Shown piece by piece: positions 11,189-26,100 of a stretch of 64,000 nucleotides of DNA. Origin of the DNA: Ylistrum balloti (Eukaryota); the NCBI RefSeq assembly GCF_031769215.1, contig NW_026782038.1, forward strand, positions 372,001 to 436,000. Reading direction: 5' to 3'. Both the position numbers and the translations under genes were made by a program. The notes under the pieces were generated by a model. That model saw nothing but the letters and a program-made list of their open reading frames with translations, ran no database searches and was not told the origin of the DNA. Numbering within the stretch: the first letter of the stretch is position 1; each line of letters opens with the position of its first letter.

Positions 11189-14100
11189 ATGGGACGTCAC
11201 ATTTGCCGGCGATGTTTTAAATACAAAAAATTATCCATCTGCGCTATAACGATAGTGTTTTTACAGTTTACAATGTTTTATATGTTTAGTTTCGATAAGG
11301 ATTTCCGTGATGGCAAAATTGGAAACAAGGTGAGGAAGTTCTGTTTTTTATTATTAAATTTTTGCTATCTGATAAAGGTTGATGATGCTGATCATAATGT
11401 TCATCGCTAGATTGTGATGGTACACCATGGGCTTGGTTATTGGAGTTCATGAGTCAACCAAGCTGGTCACCAATAACATAACATCAATGAAGGGGATATA
11501 ATAGATGCTCTTCATTGATTCTATATAACAAGGCTAGGAATCTAAAGTGAAACTTGATAAACTGCAAATAACCATTAGATTGATCATAAGTGCTATCATT
11601 ACCAGTGTCGGTTTTGAAATGAGTACACAAGAGAAATCTCCTGTAAGATCTAACATTGAAACCTGAATGATGGTTGGTATAGAAATAACTAAAAGTTTAC
11701 TTTTATTGCCTCACCATATGGATTTTTTTGTGTGCAGACTTTTGGACTCAACAAGTAAATATAGTAGCAACAGATAGTTGCTGGTAGTTCATGATAAAAC
11801 GGACAGGTCAGCGTGGCTTGTACTATAGAGTTCAGTTTAATCATCTTCTTGTTCACAGTAGCAATTGCTTAGTTTGGCTTATGAGTTGGTAGCAAACCAT
11901 TGATTATATTGCCACAAAAGTTTTTTCACTTTGCACCCTGATCATGTTACCTATATTTTCTAGAAATGGGATTTATGGGTTTTAGAAATCTCAATACAAT
12001 TGAGGAATATAGCATATAAAATGAGCATCATATGATGCATTGTTATAGGTGCTAGTCTCTGTCATTTACTCTTTTTTGTAACTGACAGAGTATGATGCTT
12101 CTTTGGCTTGTTTAGCATTGGCATTGTAACACTGTAAATTGATAAGATTATGTAAATAGAACAAAGTTAGTTTTGATTCCAATTTTAAAGAATTACAGAA
12201 TCCTGTTGGTAGAATTTAGCGAATGTAGTATACTGGAACAATTAATGCCACAAGTGAGCGAAGAAGAAGACATGTCTGAATTATAGTATACTGGAACAAT
12301 TAATGCCACAAGTGAGCGAAGAAGAAGACATACCTGAATTATAGTATACTGGAACAATTAATGCCACAAGTGAGTGAAGAACAAGACATGCCTGAATTAT
12401 AGTATACTGGAACAATTAATGCCACAAGTGAGTGAAGAAGAAGACATGTCTGAATTATAGTATACTGGAACAATTAATGCCACAAGTGAGCGAACAAGAA
12501 GACATACCTGAATTATAGTCTTTTAAAGTCAGCAGTACTAGTACAGAAACAATATCAGACGGCATAGACTTTTCTTGGGAGAGGGGAGCGGAGGGGGGTC
12601 CTGTATATTCAAACTGCCTGCAGATCTATTAATTTCTCTAAAAATTTCACTTTATGCTAATTTCATTTTGGCCTTTGAATAGATTTACTATTACTTGTAT
12701 GCTTAGGTTATATATTTAAGTATATCAGTTTCAATTAGGTGAAATCAATCATTTTTATGCAATATGAAAGGGGTATATAGATACACATATTGAATTTCAT
12801 AATTATGAAAGAAATACTGTACTGAAAATTACCATATGCAAACATATACAAGAATAAAAAAATTAAAAAAAAAAACTCAGAACCTTTTAGGTCTTGACTG
12901 ACAGGATATACTTGTATAACATGCCAATGATTTGCTAATGATGACTGATGAAATAGTTGGTCCCTTCAGGCTGTTGGTTGACTGTATTTTCCTTGTTAAC
13001 TGATAAAAAGCAATAGATTAGAAATTCCTTCCCAGATACAATCTCAAGTTCGTGCTGTCTATTTTGAGAATAACAAAGAACAAAAGCAATAAATGTTTTC
13101 TGATGTGTTCAAGCATTATGCCAGTTCCTACTCTTCAAAAAATAAGATCTCAGTTTGAAATGTTTTTCACAAGGTAGTTTTAATTACAACATGCCTGAAG
13201 CATTACATGGCAGTTAATACAGTGTTGTCAAACACACCAATTGGGTCAACCTTCTATTGGCCATATGACCTAACTGCTCAGATCATGAAAATTGCAGCAG
13301 AATCACCTGATATGTCATTTGACCAGTGTCTATTGATTGATAAGACTTCTTTCTTGATGAAGCGTATGTACCCCTTTACCCTTGATTTTGAAGAACTGTT
13401 GTCATGACCAGATTTTAAATGACAAGCACTTAGTAGTCATATGTAACTGGTACTTTTTAACATGGATGATCCATGATATATAATTTAAGGAAACACTAAA
13501 AACAACGTATTTATGTCCTGCAGTAGTTGGTTCCACAAGGGGCCAGCACATGATTACTTCTGACTTTACTAAAGTCAGATGGTGGGCTTAGGATGTTGAA
13601 ATAATATTTGTGGTAACACTTAGCAGCTGGGTTATTACCAGATGCAGACTTATTGTCATAAAAATATGGTGTGTCATATGACGTCGATTAATTAAGAAAG
13701 AAAGCATTTATGAACTGACTGTGATCATTACTTAACTTTGAAGAATGTTTATTCAAAAGTTTGATTTGATATACATTAAGGAACTCTTATTTTCTGTTAC
13801 TTATTTGGTCTTTTATTTCATAAAGTTTATGCTTTTCTTAACAATATTTGATGTTTATAAACAACTGTTTACAAAGGGTTTAGGTGTAAAGAAGAGTAAT
13901 AAAAGATCCTGTCCATGCATATTCTGAGCCAAAGGCATCTGTGTACCTGTCAGTAATGTATGATTAAGATGGGACATAAGGTACTTGATTAGACAAACAT
14001 TATTTTTTTCATGACTTGACTATAACTTAATGCCTGGAGGAATATTCAGTGTAAATACCCTAATTAACAGACATTCTTGTGAAGACTATTTCATATACAG

Positions 14101-17100
14101 AGTATACTAGTATTCAAAAGTCTTCTCTGTATATTGCGAAAATATTTTCCACTACTTAAGCTCAGAAATATCATATAGTTACGTGTGCATGGTAGTTAAT
14201 CATTCATGACTTTGGTCAAGCTTGTCAACTCAAAACTAGTCAGAAAATCTTTATGTAAGTCTGATGATGACTTTCGTTGTGTAAATATGTTTATGAAAGG
14301 ATTTTTTTAGCAACATGAGAGGATGTTAATGGTATTTCACTTGGGAGAAGTAATACACAATGAGTGAAAACTGTTTTCTCACCTTAAATCACTTCTAAAT
14401 ATATTGCTTGTTTCACTTATATCTACAATCTTCAAAGCTTTAATCAGATGTGAATCTTTAGTTGATTACCACATTACTTTGTAAAACAAATTGTTTTCAA
14501 GACTTTTGTTAAAAGCCAGATCAACTGATAATGCTGTAAACAGTTTTTAGCTGTTGGCAATTGTGATTGTTCTGAAGTGCTTAACATATCCATGTCTGAT
14601 CATGATAAATATACATTGTTCTGTATGATAATAATTTTGAATCAATGTTTAAACATTAAAATGCTTTCTGAATGTAGCTATCATTGATGCAATTGTAAGT
14701 GACCTACTGGCAAATTCTATGAAGTCTCTGTACATGCAATTTACATACCACACCATTGTGATGATGTTAATCAAATAACTAGAAATAATTCCTTTTAATT
14801 TAATTAAGATGAAAATAAACACTTACATCCAGCTCACATGGTCTGATCTAGGTTTAAGTGAAGTAAGTGCTTGTTATCCAAAAGATGACTGACAGTGTAT
14901 TGGTTGGTCAGGTTTTTTTCTGAAGTGAATCAATTGACATGTTGCAAGCCTTTCCTCAATTTTCATCTTTTTCATATTCGTCCTCATTTTCATATCAATT
15001 TTATATGTGTGGTTTTTTATGGTTTTCTTCTATTTTGACAGAATGGAAAAGATCCGCCTGATGTTATGAAACTTAAGCCGTTATTTACACAGACATCAGA
15101 TAGTTCATCTAAAGACAATAATACCATCAATATACAGCTATCATATAAACCAAAGTGTCTGATTACTGGGAAGGAGGCTGTGTCAGCCATTAACAGATCA
15201 CGAACACCAGGATGTAAACAAGAGATTGCAGATATCTACTGCCTTTCTCAGGAGGGTAAACTTTACCCTGACAGTCTGCCTAATAGCTGTCCACATAAAG
15301 GTATAATCTAGGACAAGATATTAAGTAAAATCTGTCTTACCTCTTGTCATACAATTTCTTTGCCATTAACTTGTTGTTGCATTATCAGTGGAACTTTGAT
15401 AAAAGTCTTTGGTGCTGTAACTAGTATTTCTAAACTTATCAAAACTTGTTGAGATGAGTAGATTGGTCTTTATCATATATGATACTTTGTGTATTATTTT
15501 CTAATTGTGTGTATATTATAAACAAAAGTATTTGGATTAAAGTGAATCACTATAACCATAGTGTCGCTATATATAAGTGCCCTTGATATTTGGTTTGTAA
15601 GTCATTATATGCAATAATATTCTTCTTTGGAAGTGGTATTGCTTTGGGATGCTTTTAGGGTGTGAAGATCAAAGTTCAACATTTTTGTTACAATAGACAG
15701 AAAATTTATTCCATAACTTTGATCTCTTCAGCCCAAGCTTTCTAATGTTAATTTCAAGTAAGTTTGATGATAAAGGGTCAAGGTCACTTACTTTATAGAT
15801 ATAACATTGGTATCTTTCATTTGTTTTGGATCAATCTTTCTACAGAGCTTCTTTACAAGAAGGCTTGCTCAGGATATTTTATGAACTGAATTTGAAATTC
15901 GCTGTGGATGGAAGCCATTGATTATCTTGGATTTCTTCACCTGAAGTGCTATCAGTTCAATATAGAGCTCCTACAGAAACTTTTCAATAATCATGAAATA
16001 TCCTCAAATTATTTTGGTATCAAAAACAAAAAATTGTTTGCTAGCTCAAATTTAATTTCATAGCTGTACCACATGGGTCAAATGAATACTTCCATAGCTG
16101 TACCACATGGGTCTAATGAATACTTCCATAGCTGTACCACATGGGTCTAATGAATACTTCCATAGCTGTACCACATGGGTCAAATGTACCACAATACTTC
16201 CATAGCTGTACCACATGGGTCAAATGAATACTTCCATAGCTGTACCACATGGGTCAAATGAATACTTCCATAGCTGTACCACATGGGTCAAATGAATACT
16301 TCCATAGCTGCACCAAATGGGTCTAATGAATACTTCCATAGCTGTACCACATGGGTCTAATGAATACTTCCATAGCTGTACCACATGGGTCTAATGAATA
16401 CTTCCATAGCTGTACCACATGGGTCTAATGAATACTTCCATAGCTGTACCACATGGGTCTAATGAATACTTCCATAGCTGTACCACATGGGTCAAATGAA
16501 TACTTCCATAGCTGTACCACATGGGTCAAATGGGTCAAATGAATACTTCCATAGCTGTACCACATGGGTCAAATGAATACTTCCATAGCTGCACCAAATG
16601 GGTCTAATAAATACTTCCATAGCTGTACCACATGGGTCTAATGAATACTTCCATAGCTGTACCACATGGGTCAAATGAATACTTCCATAGCTGTACCACA
16701 TGGGTCAAATGAATACTTCCATAGCTGTACCACATGGGTCAAATGAATACTTCCATAGCTGTACCACATGGGTCTAATGAATACTTCCATAGCTGTACCA
16801 CATGGGTCTAATGAATACTTCCATAGCTGTACCACATGGGTCTAATGAATACTTCCATAGCTGTACCACATGGGTCTAATGAATACTTCCATAGCTGTAC
16901 CACATGGGTCTAATGAATACTTCCATAGCTGTACCACATGGGTCAAATGAATACTTCCATAGCTGTACCACATGGGTCTAATGAATACTTCCATAGCTGT
17001 ACCACATGGGTCTAATGAATACTTCCATAGCTGTACCACATGGGTCAAATGAATACTTCCATAGCTGTACCACATGGGTCTAATGAATACTTCCATAGCT

Positions 17101-20100
17101 GTACCACATGGGTCAAATGAATACTTCCATAGCTGTACCACATGGGTCAAATGAATACTTCCATAGCTGTACCACATGGGTCAAATGAATACTTCCATAG
17201 CTGTACCACATGGGTCAAATGAATACTTCCATAGCTGTACCACATGGGTCAAATGAATACTTCCATAGCTGTACTTCCATAGCTGTACCACATGGGTCAA
17301 ATGAATACTTCCATAGCTGTACCACATGGGTCAAATGAATACTTCCATAGCTGCACCAAATGGGTCTAATGAATACTTCCATAGCTGTACCACATGGGTC
17401 AAATGAATACTTCCATAGCTGTACCACATGGGTCAAATGAATACTTCCATAGCTGTACCACATGGGTCAAATGAATACTTCCATAGCTGTACCACATAGG
17501 TCTAATGAATACTTCCATAGCTGTACCAGATGGGTCTAATGAATACTTCCATAGCTGTACCACATGGGTCAAATGAATACTTCCATAGCTGTACCACATG
17601 GGTCAAATGAATACTTCCATAGCTGGAAATAAAGATTTGTTATTGTTTGCCACACAGGCAACACCTTTACATTTTGGAAAGACTTTCTTAAATACTGGAA
17701 ATAGATATCTAACTAGCAAACATGTTCTTTCAGGTATGTACAGCAAAGGCCATTATCTGGGCTGTTTCCGTGACAACATGCAAATTCGTGACATGAGGTT
17801 TCACAAGGAATTTCCAGAGGATAATACACCTACCAAATGTATAAATCTGTGTATCCTTTTAGGTGAGATTTTACCTCCCAACACTTAACATCCAGTCAAA
17901 TAACTATTTGTTCAACCGCAAGATCAATTACATGAACATGGAAAATATCCAGAACTCTGACCTCTATTGACTAAAGATAAAATTTCATGAAAAAGTTTTA
18001 AGTCATTTATTTAGAAATTACATCATAATATGCCAGCCTGGAATTCCAACCCTTATCAACACTTTATACTCTATCTTCAATCTAGTTTTGCAACATTATG
18101 TAGGTCAAGAGTGTTTTTCATCATTAATTTTTTGGAGATTTATGTTTGTTGATTTCATGCCATCGGGTAACCTGTCCATGAAATGTTAAAATTGGTTTAA
18201 GATGATTTATTGGGCTATATATATCCATGAGTTATAGTGTTCAAGAAACCTGATTTTCTTAAAACAAAAACATACACATACACAAAAATGCACCCCAGGA
18301 AATTACATGATTTAACAGTTCAAATTTTGGACTTTACAGAAAGGGTTCAGTACTAAGCTAGTTGTATATCTCTTACATCATTCTCATCTACATCTCCAAT
18401 TTTCAGTATATATAAAATTGTGTATTGGCCTTTTATAAGATAGTTGTGTGTATATTTTGTTAATTAACATTTTCAGGTTTTACATATGCTGGTCTACAGT
18501 ACAGTAAAGAGTGTTGGTGTGGGAATTCTTATGGAGCACATAAAATGGAGGAAGAAGAAAGATGTAGCAGTCGTTGTCCAGGCAACACTGTACAGAAATG
18601 TGGTGGATTCCTCGCTAATAGTATATATAGCACAGGTCTTAAAGGTAGGTGTCATACAGGTGATAGTGTGTATAACACAGATATAACGGTAGATGTCATA
18701 CAGGTGATAGTGTGTATAACACAGATATAACCGTAGGTGTCATACAGGTATAAGTGTCTAAAGCACAAGTCTTAAGGGTGAAATATTAAAATCTGTGTTT
18801 ATGGTAAGTGGGGGTACATCATATATAATACTTATGTTACTATACAAAGGTATTAGCATTGCATTCAAAACTAGTTCATTGTACATTTTGACAATAGTGA
18901 TACAACCAATTTCAATATAGGACTCATTGGAAGCCAATAGGCTGATGACTGAACTGAAACCACAAACACTAGAGATTAAGACACATTTTAGATAAATTGC
19001 AGCCTACTTACTGTTTATACTGTACTGTTAAATTTGTCTTATTTATATGTTTCAGAGAAAATACTTAATGAAGCATCCTTAGTATCAGAAGATGCAGAAT
19101 TAGAAATGAAAGACGAAATGGTGAAAATTGTTTTTGTTTTCACTGTGAATGGGCGAGCTGTTCGTCAAGTCCGTAGACTGCTGAAGGCCATATATCATCC
19201 CAATCATTATTATTACATACATGTTGATAAGGTATTGTATTTTTTTCATGTGTTTTATTTCTTCAAATTCTCTTAGTTACCTAACTGAACTCATGTAAAT
19301 TGCCTGTCTGGTAGGTTTCTTGTGCATTTTTAAGCAGGGATTCATTTCAATTTGCTTCCATAGATACAACTTCAGTGAATTAAAAGTGAAAAAGGAGAAT
19401 AAATGTACCGAAGAAGAGAGCACATAAAACAAATAACAAACTCTGTAGGGAGTTCTCACTGCAGTCCTCGCACAGACATACAGTGAATAATAATGCAGGC
19501 AATTAAAGCATTTTGCAAAAGATTTCCCAAATTGATACATTGGATTAATTCATTTAATAAGTTCAACCATTGTATTGAATAGTGCATAAGCCATTTTTCA
19601 TCATTGAAGACATCATAAAGAAGTATTTGCCATTCACAAACCTGTTATCCACCCCTCACATCATTTTTTTATGTTCCCACCATAAAATGGGAGGAGGGGG
19701 ACATACAGCATTCCCCTTGTCTGTTCTGCTCCATCCTGTCCCAAAGTGAAAGTCAAGGTCACCCATGATAGATACAGAAAATCATCAACTGATTCAATTT
19801 AAATTTTTATCAACTTCATTCTTTCATGGTATTTATTTAAACTTCATGCAATGAGCAAGTATAAGTATTCTTTGGACATTGTTGTGTTTCAAGGTGTCAA
19901 GGTCACCAATGCTATATATCGAAAATCATTAGCTGGTTCAATTTAAATACAATGCAACATAATTCTTTCATGGATTTTGTTCAAACTTTATACAAATATC
20001 AGTTGTGAACATACTTTGGATATTGTTGTGTGTCAGAGCCCCAAGGTCAAGGCAAGATAATTCTGCTATAAATAGAAAATCATAAATTGATTCAATTTAA

Positions 20101-23100
20101 ATTCAACTGAATTTTTACACGGAATTTGCTCAAACTTTATACAAAGATCAAATATAAGTAAACTGTGGACATTATTGTATTTCAGGGGTCCAAAGTCAAT
20201 GCCTTGGGGGCAGGGGCATTTGTGTCTTACAGACATTTTCTAGTTTTAACAAGTTGGCACTGATATAGCAAAGAAAGTAAATATTATGTATTATGTAACC
20301 ACAGGAGGCTTATTTGAGAGTGATGATATTGAATCAATAAGAATATCAGTTGTATGCTTATTGTTATGTTGCTGTGATATATCTTTCAGAGGCAGGAGTT
20401 CTTATTTCGGGAGTTACTTCCCCTTGAAAAACAGTTTTCAAACATTCACCTGGCACGTACACGGTTTGCAACAATATGGGGAGGAGCAAGTCTTCTACAG
20501 GCTCACCTCCATTTTTTGCAAGAATTGCTTGCAATGAAAGATTGGAAGTGGGAATATTACCTCAACCTGAGTGAGAGTGACTACCCTTTAAAGTAAGTCT
20601 GTTCACAGGGAAGCACACAATCTGCTCCTTATTTTTTTTAAATAAAGATTTTTTAAAAAATCTGTTAACAAGCAGAAATATGAGCATCATACAATAATTT
20701 GAACTTCCATGAATATTTTTTATGAAACTTTAAAACTCATATATTGTTTCTACATGTATATTGAAATTGATTTGGTTTTACTTCAATCAGATTTCCATCA
20801 AGATTTTTATGACATCAACATGTAAAAATAATTTATAACAAGCTTACATGTTTTGTATAATATACTGATTTTCATAAATCTTAAATAGCTTTTCTGATTT
20901 AACACTGTACATGCCATTCTTTGTGTCATTTTATATATCAAACTATGATTTGTCTATAAACTTTCAGGCGTTTGAAGACGTTAGAGCTTTTCCTAACCAA
21001 ATACAGAGGTTATACCTTTCTAAAATCTCATGGCAGGGAAACAATGCGGTAAGAACCTCCTGGTCTTTGTGATCAAAGTGTTATCCCGCTGTATCCAAAT
21101 TCATTTATTATATATAAAAGCGATTCCCCTGCTGAAATAATCTCACTGTAATACATTTTTTATAATTTACCTTTATTGAATTATGTAAAGACATTCAATA
21201 TTTTTATTTTTTTAACATGTTTAATTGATGTATTTTCATGGTACATTCATCTTAATTATTTTTTTAGTGCTTTTTACTAATTTTTAGTTCACTTGGTCGA
21301 AAGTTCATCTGTTGACTTTTTCTAAAAGTGCTATTAGTCATGAACAATTGAGTGTATTTTAACCAAATTTCTTGAGAAGTATCTTTAGGGAGTGAGTAAC
21401 CATTATTTTATAAGTTATGGGTTCCGACACACTGGTGCCAAAGGGTTAGAACCCAAAAGGGGATCTTTTTTGTGAATTCTGTAGGAATGCCAGGATTCTG
21501 TCTAATTCAGTTTGAATCATCCTCAGATGAACAGGAATGACTATTGTATCAGCAGTGGTTCTTTGCCTCCTGGGTTTGGAGGATTGAAGCCCAATAGCAG
21601 AAATTTAGCAAATTCTTGAAAATTCCAGGATTCTTTCTCATTATGGTCCGAAGCATCCTTGGATGAAGTAGAATAAACTTTGTAAGAATGGGCAGTCTTG
21701 GCCCCATGGAACAGAAGGGCAATGCCCAGTAGAGAAAATCAAAATAATTCTTTAAAATCCGGATTCTGTCCCAATTTGGTCTGAAATATCTCTATGTGTC
21801 TCTGCTCCCTAGAGCAATGGTCCAATAGGGAAATAGAGCAAATATTCTAAAATTCATTTTCTTTTGTGCCAATATATCATATTATTTCTTGGTGAGTGAT
21901 GTGCCCAATGGGTCTCTTGTTGTATTTGATATTTTTATGTTCATCATTTTATCCTTAAAATTCAAGTTCATTCACTTGATTCAATTTAACACATATTTTC
22001 TATATGTATATTTCAAAGGTTTATACAAAAGCAGGGATTGGAGAACACATTTTTTGAATGCGAAAACCACTTATGGAGAGTGGCACAAAGAGCATTTCCC
22101 ACTGGCTTCCGTCTGGATGGAGGTAGTGACTGGGTGACCCTACATCGCGATTTCTGTAGCTACGTCTCACAATCAGATTCTGAGTTGGTGTCTGGTCTCA
22201 AGCAAGTGTTCAAGTACACACTACTGCCAGTAGAGGTTTGTTTTACGAACAAAAAGTGTCATGGTTATAGATGAATATTTAGAGGATATAAATGTAAAAG
22301 TGACAGCTTTAAAACCTGTTCTATTGTTATATTGATCAGCTGAATACAGACCAATGTTTGTTCGCTGCATTTATTGCCCCATGAAAAGCCAGGGTTATTT
22401 TCAGGCAACGCCATTTTGTAATAGTCGGTTACTGCCTCATTGAACAACATATGAGAGGCCCGTCAATTTAGTAATTAACATTATGATAGCAGTAGAGGCA
22501 ATGAGGGAAGTGATGAGAATTAACAAGTCTTTTGCTTTATTGATGCTTAAGAAATAATTCTACACTTCCTTGTGTCGCATGATGAACTTAAACATTGAAC
22601 TGTTTAGTTGCATTTGTGGTTTTCTTTTTAAATATGATTTGAATTAAAATCAAATAGAACAAAAATGTAATCATGTTTGATAGTGGAATCTGTCTAATGG
22701 AACATCACCATTTCTTTCACCACAATACTGATTACTGTGAATGGCATTGCGGGCAAATGTTACAGTTGTGAATCTTTTTTCACCTTGTATCATTTCTCAA
22801 GGAGATATCACATATATGACATGTACCCCAATAAATGCAGAGGTATGGTCCTTTGATTTTTTTAATACAGATATTTGTCTGGAGGTGAGGGACTATCATT
22901 ATTTTTGATACAGATATTTGTCTTAAGGTGTGGGACTATCACTATTTTTGATACAGATATTTGTCTGGAGGTGAGGGACTATCACTATTTTTGATTCAGA
23001 TACTGGTCTGGTTGTGAGGGAATATCACTATTTTTGATTCAGATATTTGTCTTGAGGTGAGCGACTGTCATTAATTTTTAAACAAATATTTGTCTGGAGG

Positions 23101-26100
23101 TGTGGGACTGTCACTATTTTTGATACAGATGTTTGTCAGGAGGTGAGGGACTATCACTATTTTTGATACAGATACTGGTCTGGTGGTGGGGGACTATCAC
23201 TGTTTTTGATACAGATGTTTGTCTTAAGGGGGAGACATATGGTATTTTTGATACAAATGTTTGTCTGGAGGTGAGGGACTTTATGGATTGCTTGCAATAT
23301 ATTGTTCAAAACTTGACTTAATTTTTGTTCCAAAGTACACTTAAATACCTTTACACTGAAGCCTCAGTATCATTTGCATCAATTTATAACAACTTTTAAG
23401 AATGTAGAAATAAATAGAAAATTAGAAGTTTTGAATGCCCATCACACTGTAATATCCTGTTGTGCTAGAAAACCATCAAATTCATGGGGTTATATATAGA
23501 TGTTGATATGTTGTTGTTTATTCTGTGTTTCAGTCATTCTTTCACACACTTATACACAACAGCCCTTTCTGTGACAAATTAGTCGACAACAACCTACACA
23601 TGACCAACTGGCGTCGACGACAGGGCTGTAAGTGTCAGTATAAACACATAGTGGACTGGTGTGGCTGTTCCCCTAATGACCTCAAGTCCAACGACTTTGA
23701 CAGACTCCTGGTAGGTTGTTTGTGTCAGTGAACGTCGAAGACCTTGGAATAATAGAAAAAATTGATGTCCTTTGACATTATCATTATTAATGTTTGGTGT
23801 TACATACATTATATTATCTCAGTTTTACTGAAGTCATCATTGACAATCTTTCATTGTATAACCAAGCAATACTCAAACTTTTATTTTAGTCTTCTGACCT
23901 TTTGGCCCAGATGACCTATGTGCTGTGGCCATCTGCCATAATCATTTCATATTATAATTAATAACATAATAATATAAACAGAGATTGATTATGTATTCTT
24001 ATTGTTCTGAGATCCAACATGGCTGTCATGTCTGCCATCTTGTATAACACTTTTTAAAGTTCAAGTTTACTGATCTTAAAATGCAAGTTTTGATGGTTTG
24101 ATATACAGTAATCTATTCCAGACCAGACTAACTATACATTAAACATTTCAGACCAATTTAATATTTGAAATATGGACCAATCAGTATTTTATTTTTTACT
24201 TTAATTCAAAAGTGGCTACTTTAGGAAAATCTACAATATCACTTAATTCACATTTGCTTTTTGCCAAATTTAATGTAAAAATCAGTTTTGTTAATATTGT
24301 GCTTTTGTGTCTGTCTGTTTGCCATTTTTATTGGCTTTTCAATAATTTTGATGGCACATAGTACGGTATGGCATTGTCATCTTTCGTATACTTTTATGTA
24401 AATTTGTTAAGCTATAAATAAAAAAATGTTGTAGTGAATGCAGGATTACAAGGACATTCATTTGTTGCATATGTCTTCTAAAGTGTTCTCAGACTTTTAG
24501 ACTGATTTACAAGGATCATTTCTATGCATGTATGTGACTTTTTGCATTAACTAGAATTTAAAATAGCTTGTTTCTACACAATGCTTTGTTTTACTTATTC
24601 AGGCCAATGAGCATAAGCCTACATTCTTTTCAAGGAAGTTTGAAGCCATTGTCAATCAGGATATCATCAACAGTTTGGATCTCTACCTCTTTGGAAGAAG
24701 TAATGAAGGTAAAGAATTCATTTCATAAAAGGATTACCCCATGGTGGTATGGTCTAGTTGCATTCAGTCTGTCTTAAGTTCATTGGCTGAATTTGCATTG
24801 CGATCTGCTAAACACCAAAAATACTGAGCACATTATTTCCCATCCCATTGCACCGTGTTTTGAATGAATGTCATACCTTGAGATTCTCTTAAGTGATTAG
24901 GTTCCTTTTTTACACAAAAGTATCATAACACCAAGTTCTAAACTGTATTAGATTCTGATTTCTGAGTTAGAGACATTCAATCCTACAAAAAAGTATTTTT
25001 GAACAGAAGTGAATATTGTTTTATTTCATGTTTTATGTTGAATATATATATGATTTATGATTTGTCAAATGTTACAGAAATGAGTGACCATTACTGGCAG
25101 AATGAATACCATCATCTGGACTATGATACCAAGAAAAAGGATGAACACCATTCTTTTTATAGGTCTTTCCTTCGACGAGCAGCTAGTGACCTTGAACTTC
25201 AAGCTCAATGTCGAATTATTCCACAAAAACTATTAGAGGTACACCTCCTCTACATCCGTGACCATTTTAGTGGAGTTCTAACTCTCTATGAGGCTATGGA
25301 TGAAAACACCAGAAATACTGTAACCATAGAAACACATGTACAATGGGTGAAAAAATATGCTGTAATTAAACCTATGGGGCCAATTGGAAGGCTAATGAGT
25401 CTTGAGGTAATAATTGATTTAAGACACTTTTGATGAGGTTGTTTCATTATGTACCTAAAACAGTGATATTGACCCAGGTTGATGATTTTGATTTGTATGA
25501 CCTGTTAGCTTGCTTTCTTTCAATGTTGTATGAGCCAAATAGAAGTTGTGTTGCAACACATCAAACGAAAAGGACAGTTGTGTACTGGTCAAAGTTTTCA
25601 CTTTGTTTAAGTTTATCACTGAAGTCTTGCTTCAGATGGTGTATAACTTTCAGCATCATGATTTTCTTGAGTGTTCTCTATTGAGGCGAACAGCATTATA
25701 TTTATCAATATTTACTGGCCTTAAACACTTCTGTCTTTTCTGTCCTCTCTTATTGGACCCCTCACCAACTTGATAAAAAGGGAAGGGGTAACATAATAGT
25801 CTCTTTGTGCATGCACCTGTCAAAGTGTCAGTCAGATAGTGCATCCATCCAAAGCTAAAAACTACTTACATGAACCCTTCATTCATGAACTCTGAAATAT
25901 CAAGTAATGTTCTGTTTGCTTTTCACAGGTTGGAACTGACTTCGACTTGAAAGAATTGATATTTAGAAATTACGCCCAGCTTTTAGGACCCTACAGTGAC
26001 CTTGTCTTGCGACATGTTTGGGGTCAAGGTTCAGAATTCACAGTCTCAGTGGCATGGATAGATCCTGCCAATGTTGTAGCGGCATCGTACGAAGTGACAG

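Noticed and set aside
16059-17625. CRISPR-like appearance of this and the other regular arrays
   Set aside because: Units are directly adjacent with no unique spacers, no cas genes are present, and the context is eukaryotic introns.
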